Shown piece after piece: positions 15,001-27,150 of a stretch of 64,000 nucleotides of DNA (its first letter is position 1; the number at the start of each line of letters is the position of its first letter). This DNA comes from Raillietiella orientalis. Lineage: Eukaryota. Under the pieces are notes generated by a model that saw only the letters and a list, made by a program, of their open reading frames with translations, was not told the origin of the DNA and did no database searches. The position numbers and the translations under genes are program-made. The stretch spans positions 3,224,001 through 3,288,000 of the forward strand of contig JAYWIR010000003.1 of the NCBI GenBank assembly GCA_036172245.1. Direction: 5' to 3'.

Positions 15001-16464
15001 CCTGGAGGCGAGGGCGGCGCCCGGAAGACGGAGGATCTACAGGTTCCTGGAGAACAACGCGTCCTCCGTGCAGAGCTGGATGGTGAGACCGATTTTCTCC
15101 TTCCTTCCGGTCGCGGGTCGCCAGGGCAACGACCGTTTCGCGCTGCCAGCTTGAGGACGCCTGGGGAGACGTAACCGTCCTGGCGAACGGGAGCGGCCGA
15201 GCGCTGCTGCAGCTTCACGTGGAGTACAGCGTGGACAACGACCTGGCACAGGTCTCACCCCCGGGATCGTTCTTCCATCTGGACGTCGCGACGCGCTTCC
15301 TCGGTCGCAATGCATCCCTCGCCCGCCTGAGGGCGTGCACCAGGTCTGGAGGGTGAATCTTCGTGGGCTCGCCTCTGGCAACGGCATCTGCTCTACCCTC
15401 CTCCTCCTCCTCCTCGCCTTCCTTCCTTCTCTGCCAGTTGGACGGGAGAGCAACAGGATGCATCATCGGGTCCCGCGGTGCTGGAGGTGTCCGTGCCTTC
15501 AGGCTACCGCGCTCACCGCGACAGGCTGGACGAGTACGTCCGGCAAAACACAGCCAGACGCCTGACCCTCGCCGTCCAGAGAGGACCCAAGCTGTTCTTC
15601 CACTTCGACAAGGCAAGGGACCCTCGAGAGGCCTGGCCGGCCGAGAAAAGGACTGAGTGAGGATCACGTCTTTCCCTCACCCTCTTGCAGGTGGAGCGCG
15701 ACCCCGTCTGCGTGGAGGCGGCTCTGGAAAGGTGGCACCCGGTGGCCAATTGCAGTCGGTACCTGCCTGCGAAGATCTACGAGTACCACGCTCCCGGTAT
15801 CGATCTTTTTGCTTCTTCTCCAACGCGCCATCAAAGAACTGCTCCTGGGTAGGGGAGAGGAGGGTGTGGGAAGGAAGAGAAAAGCCTGCGGGAACTCTTT
15901 CTGTATTCCTTCCTCCATCTCACTCACTTTCTTCTTCACTTTCACTCCACCTGGGCTGCCTACCACCCTATCCATCTGTCCATCTGCAAAGATAGGTAGA
16001 CAGCGATCCGGGAAGCAAGAAGTACATGCATATTTGTACGTATGCACTTATGTATGTACGTTCCTGAGCACATGGATGGACAGGTAGATAGATAGAGATG
16101 TGTGCAGGCTTCTACCTTCCTCCATCTATCCACCTGTCTTTCCTGTTCTTCCTGTCTGCGCGCGTCTGGAGCAGCGTGCTCCCTCCCTCCCGCCCTGGCT
16201 TGCCAATCCGCACTCACGGGGGGACTTCTTCCTTTTCCAGAGCACCACCGGGAAATCCTAGTCGAGTTCCTGGACCTGTACTTCCTGACCACGTGCTCCG
16301 TGTGCGGCTCCTACGAGTGCGCCCGCTGTCCAGCGTTCAGCTCCGCGAGGGACACTCCGCTCTCCTCCTTGACGGCCTTCATCCTCCCCGTGGCGCTCGC
16401 CCTGGTCACGGAGGGACTGCCAACATTCCTCCCCGCGGCAACGCACTCCCGTCCCACCCGATGA
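51..16464 (+). CDS. Mcr: Macroglobulin complement-related protein (Mcr/TEP6-type thioester-family protein), 5'-partial, ~22 exons
   Basis: Phase-consistent exons (approx. 51-162, 243-381, 2363-2527, 4590-4820, 4944-5111, 5169-5324, 9125-9376, 9544-9690, 10349-10487, 10681-10850, 12550-12800, 12868-13053, 13107-13226, 13276-13733, 13794-14076, 14131-14318, 14629-14858, 14917-15082, 15150-15342, 15438-15612, 15691-15796, 16241-16464). They encode A2M MG-domain motifs (LGAVSLEFRLADEPITGKWTI; EMAPSATILVY), an LDLa module (CDGVRECADGSDEINC), the Mcr-like LETNLTSTPIIPY..YGSNRARVSV, TED motifs (VEATAYALL; GGWCSTQDT), and C-terminal CSVCGSYECARC plus a hydrophobic tail. Confidence 0.9.
650..1400 (-). 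mobile_element. Highly decayed Tx1/L1-like reverse transcriptase fragment in an Mcr intron
   Basis: Degenerate RT motifs in the expected order on the minus strand: SDPLPA (PGPDGLP-like), KK..RNPLQGTIANG (KK..NWRPITL.N-like), WDLGKA (D..KAFD-like). Confidence 0.45.
2700..3250 (+). mobile_element. Decayed 3' part of a Tx1-like ORF2 (C-terminal zinc-finger region)
   Basis: Broken CG..E...FLEC followed by PFWKHL, resembling the better preserved copies near 29.2 kb and 30.2 kb. Confidence 0.4.
6480..7165 (-). mobile_element. Apurinic-like endonuclease (APE) domain of a Tx1/L1-clade LINE, frameshifted
   Basis: RIACWNVNGLR...DLVPLQEIH, SGVAHLL, IVTNLYAPS..RRAFF and SIDHVF...LSDH motifs in order across frameshifts. 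Confidence 0.85.
7377..8125. repeat. Duplicated block A, copy 1 (possibly the upstream/ORF1 part of the adjacent LINE)
   Basis: Direct near-identical match (scattered SNPs and indels) to 37451-38207. Confidence 0.9.
10950..12450 (+). mobile_element. Decayed 3' half of a Tx1-like ORF2 in an Mcr intron
   Basis: YLG motif at ~11113, degenerate FLW.G/GGLG-like segment at ~11580-11690, zinc-finger remnant GC.....REC..CSAPF at ~12140-12230. Confidence 0.45.
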
Positions 16465-16589
16465 GGAAGCCTCTCTCTCCCCTCGTGACTTCTGAAAAAG
16501 CGCAACGCAAGCGGGGAAGGAGGCGACAGTTGCCTCCCCGTGCCTCCTCGTTCACAGGAAGACGGTCGCTCCTCTCGCTGGCGAGGGAG

Positions 16590-17900
16590 TCAGAAGCGGT
16601 GACCGTTGAGCTCTCCCGGCGCTCTCGTACAGTCTTCAAGAGCTTCCGGATCGGATCGTTCGGAGGCGTCGCCGTCCTGCAGGCCAAAGAAGGGATGGAG
16701 GCGGCACGGCGGCTGTGACACCCGCGCCTCGCACCCCCGAAGCGCCGTGAGTTCGAGAAGACACCGACGGACATACTCATGGAAACGAGGAGGAGAGAAG
16801 GGACATTCCTCTGGTGATCCTGCATGGTGAGGCACTGCCCTCGGAAGCAGTAGCTCAGGGCGAACGCTTTGGAACAGCGGATCTGCGAGAGACGGACTAA
16901 ATGCGGGCGACCCTCCCTCTTTCCCTTCCTTTCCTTACCAATGGAGAGACGCGACTCCGGGAAGCACCTCGTCTCCGAACAGGCCGAAGGAAAGAGGCTT
17001 CTCAGTGTCTCCGAGCTCTGACCAGGATTCTGTGATTGCAAACACGGTGGGAGCCGGCAGCCCTGCCGACCCCACTTCCCTCCCTGCCCTTCTCTTTCAG
17101 GTGCGATCCTCCCAGAACGCCCTCAGGGAACTTCCAAAAAAGAGGATGGAGGAACCCCTTTTCTGGTGGTGGGGCTCCGATCAGAATGGCGCCCTTTCCA
17201 TCCCTCTCTCACCCTCCGCCTTCGTCCCCAACAATGCTGTTTCTGTTGTTTTTGTGTCTTTTCGTAGTGGCTGGTCAGGGTCACGCACTTCTGCGCGGGT
17301 TTTCCTCATCGATGCTGGCTGTCCTCTTGCTGGAGGCGTTGTTAACAAGGATTCCCAGGCGACATGTCTCCGTTCGTTCTCCTCCTCCTCTTCTCGGTAC
17401 CTACACAGGTCCGGGACGCAACAGCAGCGGAAAGGGAACCTTCCCTGGGGAGTGAACACGTCGCGTTTCCCGGATGGCTGTTAGAGAACGGCGACGACCC
17501 CTGGCGTCTTGTGGAACGGAACCTCCTCCTTTCCTTCCCTTCCAGGAGTCACGGTCAGCCGAGACCATCAATGGGTTACAAGGGGAAGCCACCCCGGGCC
17601 GGAATTGGCCGGGTCCCCGGAACTTCGAGCTCGCCAGCCGCTGCGAGAGGGAACGCCCAGCGCCCCAAGTTCCGCATTCTCTTTTTCTCCCTCTTTCACG
17701 CAGAAGACAGCGGGAATAACCTCTCCCTCGCCCTCCAACTTCGGACCGCAGGGGCGCAGCGCGGTACCACTTCGACTTTCCCGCCGAGGGGTCAGCGGAG
17801 GGAAGAATCGAGAGCCCTTCACCTCCTCCTCCTGGCACATGTGGACCCTCCTTCAGATCAAATCAACGACCAGAAGGACCCCTGTTTCGGATGGCTCTTG
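16590..17900 (-). mobile_element. Decayed Tx1-like RT fragment downstream of Mcr
   Basis: Degenerate K.PGP.G, SKAF and ECPFSP (QGCPLSP-like) motifs in order; visible nucleotide similarity to 30800-31200. Confidence 0.5.
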
Positions 17901-18296
17901 CAGCAGCAGGACCGATGCTGAACCCCACCGAGCCTACTACTTATCTATCAGAATAAGAAGAAAGGGAGGACCTGGTCTCGGCAGTAACCTTCCTTTTCCC
18001 TTCTGTGGATCCTCTTCCGCGTGCGCTGAGGACTCAAATGCCCTCTCAATCCCAGGTCAGGGGAAGCAGAACGGGAAGTCACATTCCTGCAGAGCAGGCG
18101 AAGCACGTTGCCTGATTCGGGAATCTAGAGAAGTCGCAGCGGGGGAAGGAGGAGAGGGGCACATAGAGTAACCGTACCGATCGGCTTAGAAACGAGGATC
18201 TTGGCAGCCGGAAGACGTTGAGAGAGCCGCTCATCGCACAGCACATAAGACCTCCGTCTTATGTGCTGTGCGGCTAGGATCTGTCCAGGCTAGGAT

Positions 18297-19440
18297 CTAG
18301 GAGGCTATGACAGACTCTGTCGCTAGCTTCATCCTCCCTCTGCTCTCCTCCATCCTTCCAAGGGAATCAGAAAGCGGCCAATGGTACCCCCCGTTCTGTG
18401 GAAAGCTGCATTCCTCTTCCGGAAAGGCTTGAAGGGGAACCGGCAGGACGGAAAGTCCCACGGGTTCCTCGTACGGAGAAGGATGGTCGTCGTGCCCGGA
18501 AGGAACCGCACACGACAAGGTATCGGCTGCCGACCCTCTTTGGTCACTGGCCGCCAGGGCTCACCACGAGCGCGTTCGGTCCTGAAGAAGGCGATATACA
18601 GCCTTCTCTCCTGAATACCCGTAATTCAGACTAGGAGCAGGGAAAGGGAGGAGGGGAGAGAGAATGGGGAAGTGGGAAGCGGGTCTCTGGGGTGCCAATT
18701 ACATCCCGAGGCCTCAGAGCCTCGCTTCCCTTCCCCGAATTGAACGTTGACTATGGATCTGCCCCTTCGAGTAGGGTCGCAGTCCAGGAACATCAGACCC
18801 TCCCGCGACTCCTCGAGTCTTCCTAACGCGGTCCGACGAAAAGAACCTCCGGTATTTCCTTCTTGCCAGCGCAGCAACCTGGTCTCTTCCTTGGGGAGTG
18901 TGTCCTCCTGAGGCTCTTCCCTGCACGAGGAGGATGCGGTGTCCTTCAGCCGACAAACATGGCGGTCTTGAGATCGATGACTAGCGCCTCGAACCTTTCT
19001 CTTTGCTCCGAAGTCTCTAGTAGGCCGCACGCGTCGTCTTGAAGCTGCTCCCTAGGACGGAGCTTTTCGACGCCACACCCCAGCAATTTCCCTCCCTATG
19101 TGCTTCGACTTGGGACAAAAAGCACCTATTTCTTTGCGGTCTCTACGAAAGAGCTGACTAGGAGGTGAGGAACCACCCAGCGAACAGAGAAATGAGCTCC
19201 CTCGATGGGAACTGGGATCTTCATTGGTTAACAAGGCTACACACCCATCATCTGCACTAAAGTGCAAAGGAGGATTACTCAGGGCACTGGGTGAACGGAA
19301 CGATAGGGGCATCCAAGGAACAGAGGAAACCTTGGTACATTGTCTTCTTCTGTGTGAGTCTCCTAGAAAAGCGATCTGAGGCAATTCGAACGCGCAACAT
19401 GTGGTCAGAGTTTCCATTCAAACTTCGGTGTTTACAGCCC
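18297..19440 (-). mobile_element. Decayed C-terminal RT segment of a LINE (also at 38371-39514)
   Basis: FSADD (YADD-like) and a downstream PWKDGG (LP..GGLG-like) remnant. Confidence 0.4.
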
Positions 19441-22342
19441 GACCTCTGGAAGTTCCCTTTCCCGTGCTTTCAATTGCACACCAAATCTTTGTCATTATGG
19501 GTTCGTAAGTCTCACCCTTTGCTTTGGACAGAATCAGATTGCACGTTGTTGACTTGACCCTCGAAAACTTATCTGGGGACTGGTTGTGCAGGCCGCATCG
19601 ATACAGCCCGTTGCCACAGTGTACGATTTTCCTTTATTGGGAAAAGTTTTCCTAAGAAGAGCATCCGTCCATAATCTAAGAGTTCCAACAATCTGCTGGT
19701 GCTGCTCTTATTATCCAAAAGGATTTCCGAGTGCGTGGAGAAGAATCGTAATAGTTGCACAGAAGAGTTTCAACTTGCAAGCTACTAAATGGAGTTACCA
19801 CGACATTACGTTGTTTTCTGAAATATAATTCTTTTTTTCTGAAATATAACTTTCTTTGAATCCTCTAAAATATAATTTGGCTCGATTTGACACGCCACCA
19901 TTCATAGCGGTTCCTTGGCTTTGCTTGTATAACAGTGGCGGAAAAATGAGACAAAGCAAAAACAGGAAAGCGTGTATAAGCAAAGAATATACTAAAGAGA
20001 GATCCAGTAACATTCATCGTTGTTTTTATGTGTTTCCAGTTTATGCACATGGCATCGTACAAATCCCTCTTGTGCAAATGGCGCTGCATTTCGTTTCCTC
20101 TACGTCTTTTGAAGCTTCGTCTGCAAAACGAAGCTCAAACATTGAGGAATGCGTTTGCATTCACATGGAATGCGTTCGTGGATACCTAAATGAGTGCTTT
20201 ATTAATCTTTCATTTCTTCGTCATAATGATCAAGTCACTGATTCCTACCGTGGTTGCGAAATGCCTTGCAAACAAATGGGGAAAGAAGGATGGAGAAACC
20301 GTGTCTGCAAAACGGAATAAGCAAACATGAATACGAAATTAGTCGGTTCAAGAACAGCACTAAAGACAGCTGTAAAAAAATGATCCGAAAGTAAAGGTGT
20401 TGAAACGATGTGCTCGCCTTCAGGATGAGCAGTGGAGACTCCGATGGATTCAGCCGACTTGCTTTACGTGTTCCTTCTCCCTGTAAGGCAGCTTCACCTG
20501 CTGGAACTTCGTCTTAGGAAGAGAGTCCTCCCGATCCATCCTGCCCAGACTATGCTCACTTTCTGGGCTGGCTGATCGCTTGGAGTCTTTCATGACTGAG
20601 TTGCGCTGATGTCGTGAATCAGTCGATGAGCTATGGATGAAATATGTGAAGAAGTCTGCTTCTGTGAAAAGTAAGCTACGTGCAGGTGTATCTGAAATTT
20701 ACCAAGAGGATCCCCTTGAAAATACACTTACAGACACGCTCAGTGGATGCAGACCGTAATAAAAGAGCCCGGAACGAATGAGGATGGAGAGGACGACGCC
20801 GCTGACGGAATCGACGAGCGCAGATTTCATATTTATGGACCACAAGTGCACAACATCATTGAACAGCTTTGGTGAGTCATCGGAGGTGTTCCTCGTGAAC
20901 ATATTGAGAGACTTCGTTGAGAGCCTCTTCCTCTGTTGACTCGTTCCTGGAACAACCAGCTGTTCCATGATCTGTTGCACCAACGCTGCTGAATATCTTG
21001 TCAATGACACGTATAGAAGAAGCCTCTGCAACAGCAAACGAAGGAAAGTTGTAAGGCAACTCCAAGAGGACCGTCCAAGATGAGTAAGAAATTGCTATTC
21101 CCAAAGTCTTTCGATGTGCAGTGATTCGAGGCCAATCTAGGGTCATGATTTTCAAAACATTCCTTCTTATTTTAAGTTGCAATTCTCGAATCGTGAGGTA
21201 CTTCTCAGCCCGAGGCCTTCTGGCTTGTTCTCACCCACTGGGTGCTTCCTATTTTGAAAAAACCGTTTCTCATCAAATCGAACAAACGCAACATGCTTTC
21301 TGGCTGGTGAGTGGGCTGTGCACGTGCTGGGCAGTGGAAATCTGTGAAAATTCTTAAATGCTGCTGGTCAAATTGCTGCATAGGAGAGAAGTGGAGAGCT
21401 CTTTCTCGTCTATTCCGTGTGGCACGCGGTGCGCTGCAAATGGTACCAGTTGCGTACATCGTATTTTCTTAATGTTTCCCAGTACTTGAAGGGAAGGGCA
21501 CGGAATGGACTATTTATTAGTGATTACAGAACATTAACGACGGCATTTTTGTCACGACGACGATGCCGTAATAATTACTTAAGTAAATAATTTGATTGTC
21601 CTGCTGCCTGAAATTCAAAGGCATTTGTTCATTTCAGTGCGTCTTCCAGCTAATTTTGGACGTAAATGATGTAAAGCAAAGAAAAAGCATGCAAGTAATT
21701 CTTCACGTCATGAGTCATTTGTGACATGACTAATGACATGAAGCACTGCAAAATCGTGCCCGCAGGGCCTCTTTCGTGGAAAAGAAAGTCTGCGAATCGG
21801 TCTTTTGCCAATGACGGGTGTGGACGAGGGCCACGTGCAGACCCAGTTTGCACCTTTCTTCGTTTTCAGTGTATCCGCTGCTCAACTTTTTGCCACATAT
21901 CGAATCCACTGGCGTATTCTTCGTTCGTATTGCTAGGATTATACATGTTTGTTGCATGAGGACGGCATGTCAACATTCTACCGATGCAGTAGAAAGGTTC
22001 CATGAACCCAAAAATCGGGAGTACGTGGAATGTGCGAATGGTGAATGTCCAGACGTTGAATTTCATGGATGAGACCGTGTAGGATGTAAGAGTTTGTGTG
22101 TGTCGCGCCTTTGCTTTGCTGTGAATTCAGAGTGATTCCTTACTCCTACCCGACGGGTTTGAAGCCGTGTAATTGCCTAAATAACTCGAGTGCTTGTGTT
22201 TGCACCGAATTGTCAGTATGCATTCCTAAGTGTTCATGGTGTTTGCAAAGATTCGCACGTGTTACGTGTCACAAACTACCCTACAGATGGGACATTGTGT
22301 TTGTTTTCTATCTACAGGTCGAATGAACTACAGCTGAAGTTC

Positions 22343-23443
22343 ATGTCTGAAAATCAGATTTGCAATTTTGCAAGAAAACTTGCAGGAAATGAAAAAAAAA
22401 AACGGGATAAGGCATTGAAGTATTTGCAGAAATGGATATCTTCTTGTAAACATCCATTTGTATCAGATGACATGATGAAACTGTGGAAAGGATTGTTTTA
22501 TTGTTTGTGGATGGCAGACAAACCATTAATTCAAGAAGAGGTCTCCGAAAAATTGAGCAAATTATTGTTTTCCTTTGATGGAGACAAAAACAAGTACCTT
22601 TTTGTGGAATGCTTTTACAGAACACTGTCACGAGAGTGGCATCACATTGATAAATTTAGGATGGAAAAGTTCCTAATGCTAGTAAGAAGATTTTACCGTC
22701 AAGTTTTGTATTATGCTAAGTCAAATGCGTGGGATCCCCAGATCATTCAAACAGTAACTAGCATCTTAAGGAAGACTGTGTTTTGTGATGATTGCCCTAA
22801 TGGCTTGAAATGTCAAGTGATGGATGTTTATTGTGAAGAACTAGCTAAACTTAGCGATTCTCAGCTTGGTCCAGAGAAAAATCTACTTTTCTTGGATTTA
22901 TTTTGCCAACTTTTGGTGCAAGAAAGTGATGTTAGTGTGTTGACATTTATGGAAAACCGAGTGTTTGACCATCTGATGAGGCAGAGTGATCCTGGCATCA
23001 AGCATGATGTGAACTTTGCACGTAGAAGGAGAGGGGCATTTGGAAAACACTGTGAAGAGGCCGAGCCTGAAATGATAGAGATGGAAGATGACTTTGAGGA
23101 ACAAGAACCTAGTGAGAAAGATCCTCGAGCTGGGAATGTAAATGTAGATTTGCCTCAGCTTCGGATAGACTATCTAGCTCTGGCTAATAAAATAGCTGAA
23201 GCATTGAAACAGCCAGGACTGAATCGCCAGTCAAAGAAAAGAGGAAATCGCTATGTGAAAGCATTCAAAAAATTGAATCAAGGACTGTATCCCTTGAAGA
23301 TTGTGCTTCCAGACTCAGGATCTGAGCTGGATGAATCGGATGTTGAAAAGGCTACAGTGCGTTTGACACAATTAGAAGAAGAACTAATTGCAGATCAAGA
23401 ACCATGTAGAAAGAAATGCAGGATATTGGTAAAAAAGAAATGA
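22343..23443 (+). CDS. RRP1: Ribosomal RNA processing protein 1 (Nop52 family), intronless, 366 aa
   Basis: FARKLAGNEKKKRDKAL, KLWKGLFYCLWMADKPLIQE, REWHHIDKFRMEKFLMLVRR and DPRAGNVNVDLPQ motifs; AATAAA at ~23479. Confidence 0.93.
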   Translation: MSENQICNFARKLAGNEKKKRDKALKYLQKWISSCKHPFVSDDMMKLWKGLFYCLWMADKPLIQEEVSEKLSKLLFSFDGDKNKYLFVECFYRTLSREWHHIDKFRMEKFLMLVRRFYRQVLYYAKSNAWDPQIIQTVTSILRKTVFCDDCPNGLKCQVMDVYCEELAKLSDSQLGPEKNLLFLDLFCQLLVQESDVSVLTFMENRVFDHLMRQSDPGIKHDVNFARRRRGAFGKHCEEAEPEMIEMEDDFEEQEPSEKDPRAGNVNVDLPQLRIDYLALANKIAEALKQPGLNRQSKKRGNRYVKAFKKLNQGLYPLKIVLPDSGSELDESDVEKATVRLTQLEEELIADQEPCRKKCRILVKKK

Positions 23444-23759
23444 GATTTGTGTGGTCTGCCAGTTAGTGCTCATGAGTCAATAAAATCTTCATGATTTTAA
23501 TGAGTGTTTTTTCAAGAAATTGTATTTTCATATCTGAAAAAATAACAACTTTCTGGCAAAACTAGTGCTCGCTTCAACTAGGAAGACTTGAATGCCTAAA
23601 GTTTGCTACATCATGTGCCTTCCATGTAGGCATAGCATGTCAAGGACATAACATCTTCAACATATTGTTAGCTACCTTTTGGGATATTGGGAATGGATTT
23701 TTGTGACAGGTGGCATACGTTTTCGATTTCATATCTGTTTTTTTCCAGGTACTAGCAAA

Positions 23760-25582
23760 ATGTCTCAGGATTCTGCAGTCCAACGCAGAACTGTTGGAGA
23801 CTATATCACAAAAATCATTCATCCAGCAGATCTAATAGATCATGAATATGGTGAGGCCATTACTGAAGAAGTAACAACAGAGACTCCTAATTATCGGGAG
23901 GACCTCGGCAATATTCTCGTGCTATCATTTCTGTATGTGCTGCAAGGAGTGCCCATGGGACTGTCTGGCAGTGTGCCCATGATGCTTCAAGCCAAGGGTG
24001 CCAGTTATGCGGAGCAGGGAAAATTCAGCTTTCATTCTTGGCCCTTTAGCATAAAATTGTTGTGGGCTCCTATTGTAGATTCAGTTTATAGCAAGGTTAT
24101 TGGCCGTCGCAAGAGTTGGTTGATCCCCTCCCAGTATCTGTTGGGAGTGTGCATGCTCATCTGTTCCTATCAAATTGATGGATGGTTAGGAAAAGATAAT
24201 GGTACTTTGGATATCAACAGTCTATTATATGCTTTCTTCACAATGTATTTCCTGGCTGCAACCCAGGACATTGCAGTGGATGGGTGGGCACTGACAATTC
24301 TCAAGCCGTAAGCATCTGGGCAACTGGTGCATTCTTATGTGTGCCAGGAAGAATGTGTGCTATGCCTCCACTTGCAGCAGCGTGGGTCAGTCCTTTGGTT
24401 ATTTTTTGGGATACGTTCTCTTCTTGGCTCTGGAATCAAAAGAATTTTGCAATTCATATTTGAGAATTTACCCCCAGCCAACTGGAATTGTGCAGTTGTC
24501 AGGTGAGGAAATGTTGCCTTTTCTGCTTGTTCACAGTGTCATTCTAGGATTTATCTACTTTTGGGGTCTTGTGTTTTTATTTACGACAACGGTAATCTTT
24601 TTTTTCAAAAAAGAGCAAACCGCCAAGGTCAGCAATTCCCCTGGACTTCTACACACATATCATATATTATGGAAAATCTTGCGATCACCCCCTGTGATGC
24701 AATTGACAATTTGTCTGCTCACAGCCAAGGTACAGCTGGTTATTCCTCTTTCTTGTATTGCCAAGCAGATTGCTTTTTCAGCAGTGGATGGAGTGACTGG
24801 TCTTAAGCTTTTAGCAAAAGGTGTTCCAAAAGACAAAATGGCTCTCCTAGCTGTGCCTCTGATACCATTTCAGATTCTCTTTCCTCTGTGGATGAGTAGA
24901 TTTATAACTGGTCCACGTCCATTGACAGTTTATATGAAGGCGTATATTTACAGGTAGCTTCGTGTTTCTCATCTTCATTTACAGTGTTGCTTTCTCCAGA
25001 GTGATCATAGGATTAACTTTCCCTACCCTTGTTTGGTCGTATGAGTGGTGGGTGCGAGATACTAGTGTCACATGGTCCTTTTACTTTACTGTTTCCTTGC
25101 TGTACATACTTTATCAGGTAAACTGAATGTTCATGTTTCCGATCACAGTGATTCCAGATTCCAAGTTATGCTATTTTCATGTCCCAAATGGCTTTTTTCA
25201 ATAGAATCAGTGATCCAGTGGTAGGGGGTACCTATTTAACGCTATTGAATACTCTAGCTAACATGGGATCAAATTGGCCCCTGACTAGTGTCCTGTGGCT
25301 AGTAGATCCGCTGACCTTCAAGCACTGCACAGGTGTTGAATCGACGTTTAGCTGTCATAGCAATACAACTGAGCAGGTAAAATGAAACCAAACAACCACC
25401 TTGCTTTATGGTCTTGGCAGACATGCCACGGTTTGGGTGGAACTTGCGTAACCACTTTGGATGGCTACTACATTTGTGTATTACTGACAACTTTCTTTGG
25501 ACTTTTGTGGTGGCGTTATTTCCGCCATGTGTTCTCCAGGCTAGAGGTTCTTCCGCAGCGTCGTTGGAAATGTGTTCACTGA
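23760..25582 (+). CDS. SLC33A1: Acetyl-CoA transporter 1 (AT-1), 7 exons with 39-46 nt introns
   Basis: LYVLQGVPMG, WPFSIKLLWAPIVDS, GRRKSWLIPSQY, LAATQDIAVDGWALT and SDPVVGGTYLTLLNT motifs; GT-AG mini-introns, e.g. 24308-24347 and 24730-24768. Confidence 0.95.
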
Positions 25583-26099
25583 TGTATGAACAGTTTCAAT
25601 ACAGGATGTCCTGCTAATACTCTGCAGTTGATATTGAAATCGTATTTTCCCTGTGGCACATCAGCGAATAGAGTATAATAAATTCAAAAACGCCATGCGA
25701 ACCGCAAGTTCATCTGCGTGTCTCACTCAAAATGTTCATGACAAACTGGCATGAAATATTGAAATTTTCCCTTCCAAACGCAAAAAAGGTTTTCCTATTT
25801 ACACGGTCGTCTGTTCAGATGTTTCACTGTCTTTGCTGTATGCTTATAATGCCGCACCCGGAGTTCCAGTTCGTGCTAGTTTGTCCATAATTTTACGTCA
25901 ACGTATTTCCTGCACTATTTTGAGACGGCCATATACTATTTAATACAAAAGCATTGCAAGGAAAGTTATTGTAAAACTAATCATGTAATAAATTGACGCA
26001 CTTTTCCAAGTTCACGTACGTGTGGATGTGTATGCGGAAATCATTTCTGCTTTCACTCGGATGCAAAGGGGGCGATAAATTCAGAACTTTGCACCCAAT

Positions 26100-27150
26100 G
26101 ACTAACCACCGAGCTCTTAACCCTGTGTTTCTAACTTCCTAGCCAGCATCCCACTTATGTAAGCCGCATTCTGGTCAAGTCCCTCCTTTTTCCATGCTTT
26201 CTCTTGGTATTTCGGGTGGTTCCGATGCTTGTTACTATGTCTGGGAATGGTCCGTTTCGTACTGCACATATTTCTTCACATGGTTCACCGGATGCAACAA
26301 AGTTCTTTTTCCTTCTCTTTCGCTCTATTTCTCCACTTGATCATCGATGGCGCAGATGCTTGAAAGCTCAACGCAACCATCCATTCCCGGAATGACATTT
26401 GCTCCTCGTTTCTTCCGAGCTTTGGAAATCAATTGCCTCCTCCAAACCAGACTCCTGGCTCGCTTTTAGCAATAGCTTCAGCCGAAACTCAGAATGGAGA
26501 ATAGCCACTGGAACCACTCTTCTACCTCCGCCAAAGTCATTTCTTCAAAACGAAAACGAGACTTCCGATCCTTCTATGTGATAGGTCACCATCATTGAGA
26601 TGCTCCTGACGTCTTATGTCTTCCAAGAAAACAGCCCTTCTCCGAAACTGATTTCTTCCCGCGCATCGTTTCCTCCTTCCGGAAATCCGTCTGAAAGATC
26701 CAACACTGTCTTTCTGCATTGCTAGGATACTTTTTAACGATGGACTGAATTCCTTTATGCACCCGGAGGAGCGCATGCACACGCACACCACAATGCTCGT
26801 GCTGAGTTACCCATTCTACCTGGCTCCAGTGCTTAACTGAACTGATCTGATAAATCTTGGACCGTTTCCTTATGTGCTTTCGATGGTTTTCTTTCGTTCT
26901 TGACTTGAGGTGCGGTGCAAGTGCAACTGATTAGTGGTCGTCAGACTTTCAGTGTGCACTCGAGCCCGCACATTCGTCACGCTCTCTCCGTGCTACTTCC
27001 TGTTCTCCACTGGAGATTCGTGATCTTGGCGATGTGGCACGAAGTGGGTCTTCTGGTTGAATGAAGGCATCTGGGAGACAACCCACATCTTCGAAGAGGG
27101 CCGCGCAGAGACACGAATACTCTCAACAAATGTTAGAGGGAAGATCACTT
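26100..27150 (-). mobile_element. Possible very decayed BEL/Pao-like pol fragment
   Basis: Loosely ordered remnants HFVPH..SVTNVR, IKEF, KRTLL, KWD resembling BEL/Pao RT motifs; many stops. Confidence 0.25.

Larger units (their letters stand above)
18117..26605. repeat. Segmental duplication block B, copy 1 (LINE remnant + RRP1 + SLC33A1)
   Basis: Direct repeat of 38213-46662; identical ORF track over most of its length. Confidence 0.97.

Noticed and set aside
682..18171. Many long overlapping ORFs in the track
   Set aside because: GC-rich shadow frames of Mcr exons and decayed LINEs with no coherent protein signal.
20450..21040. Exon-like minus-strand segments with a plausible ~42-nt intron (also 40525-41115)
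   Set aside because: Frames do not join without a stop and no family is recognisable.
22190..22342. N-terminal extension of RRP1 in the ORF track
   Set aside because: Non-AUG start upstream of an acceptor-like site; homology begins at MSENQ.
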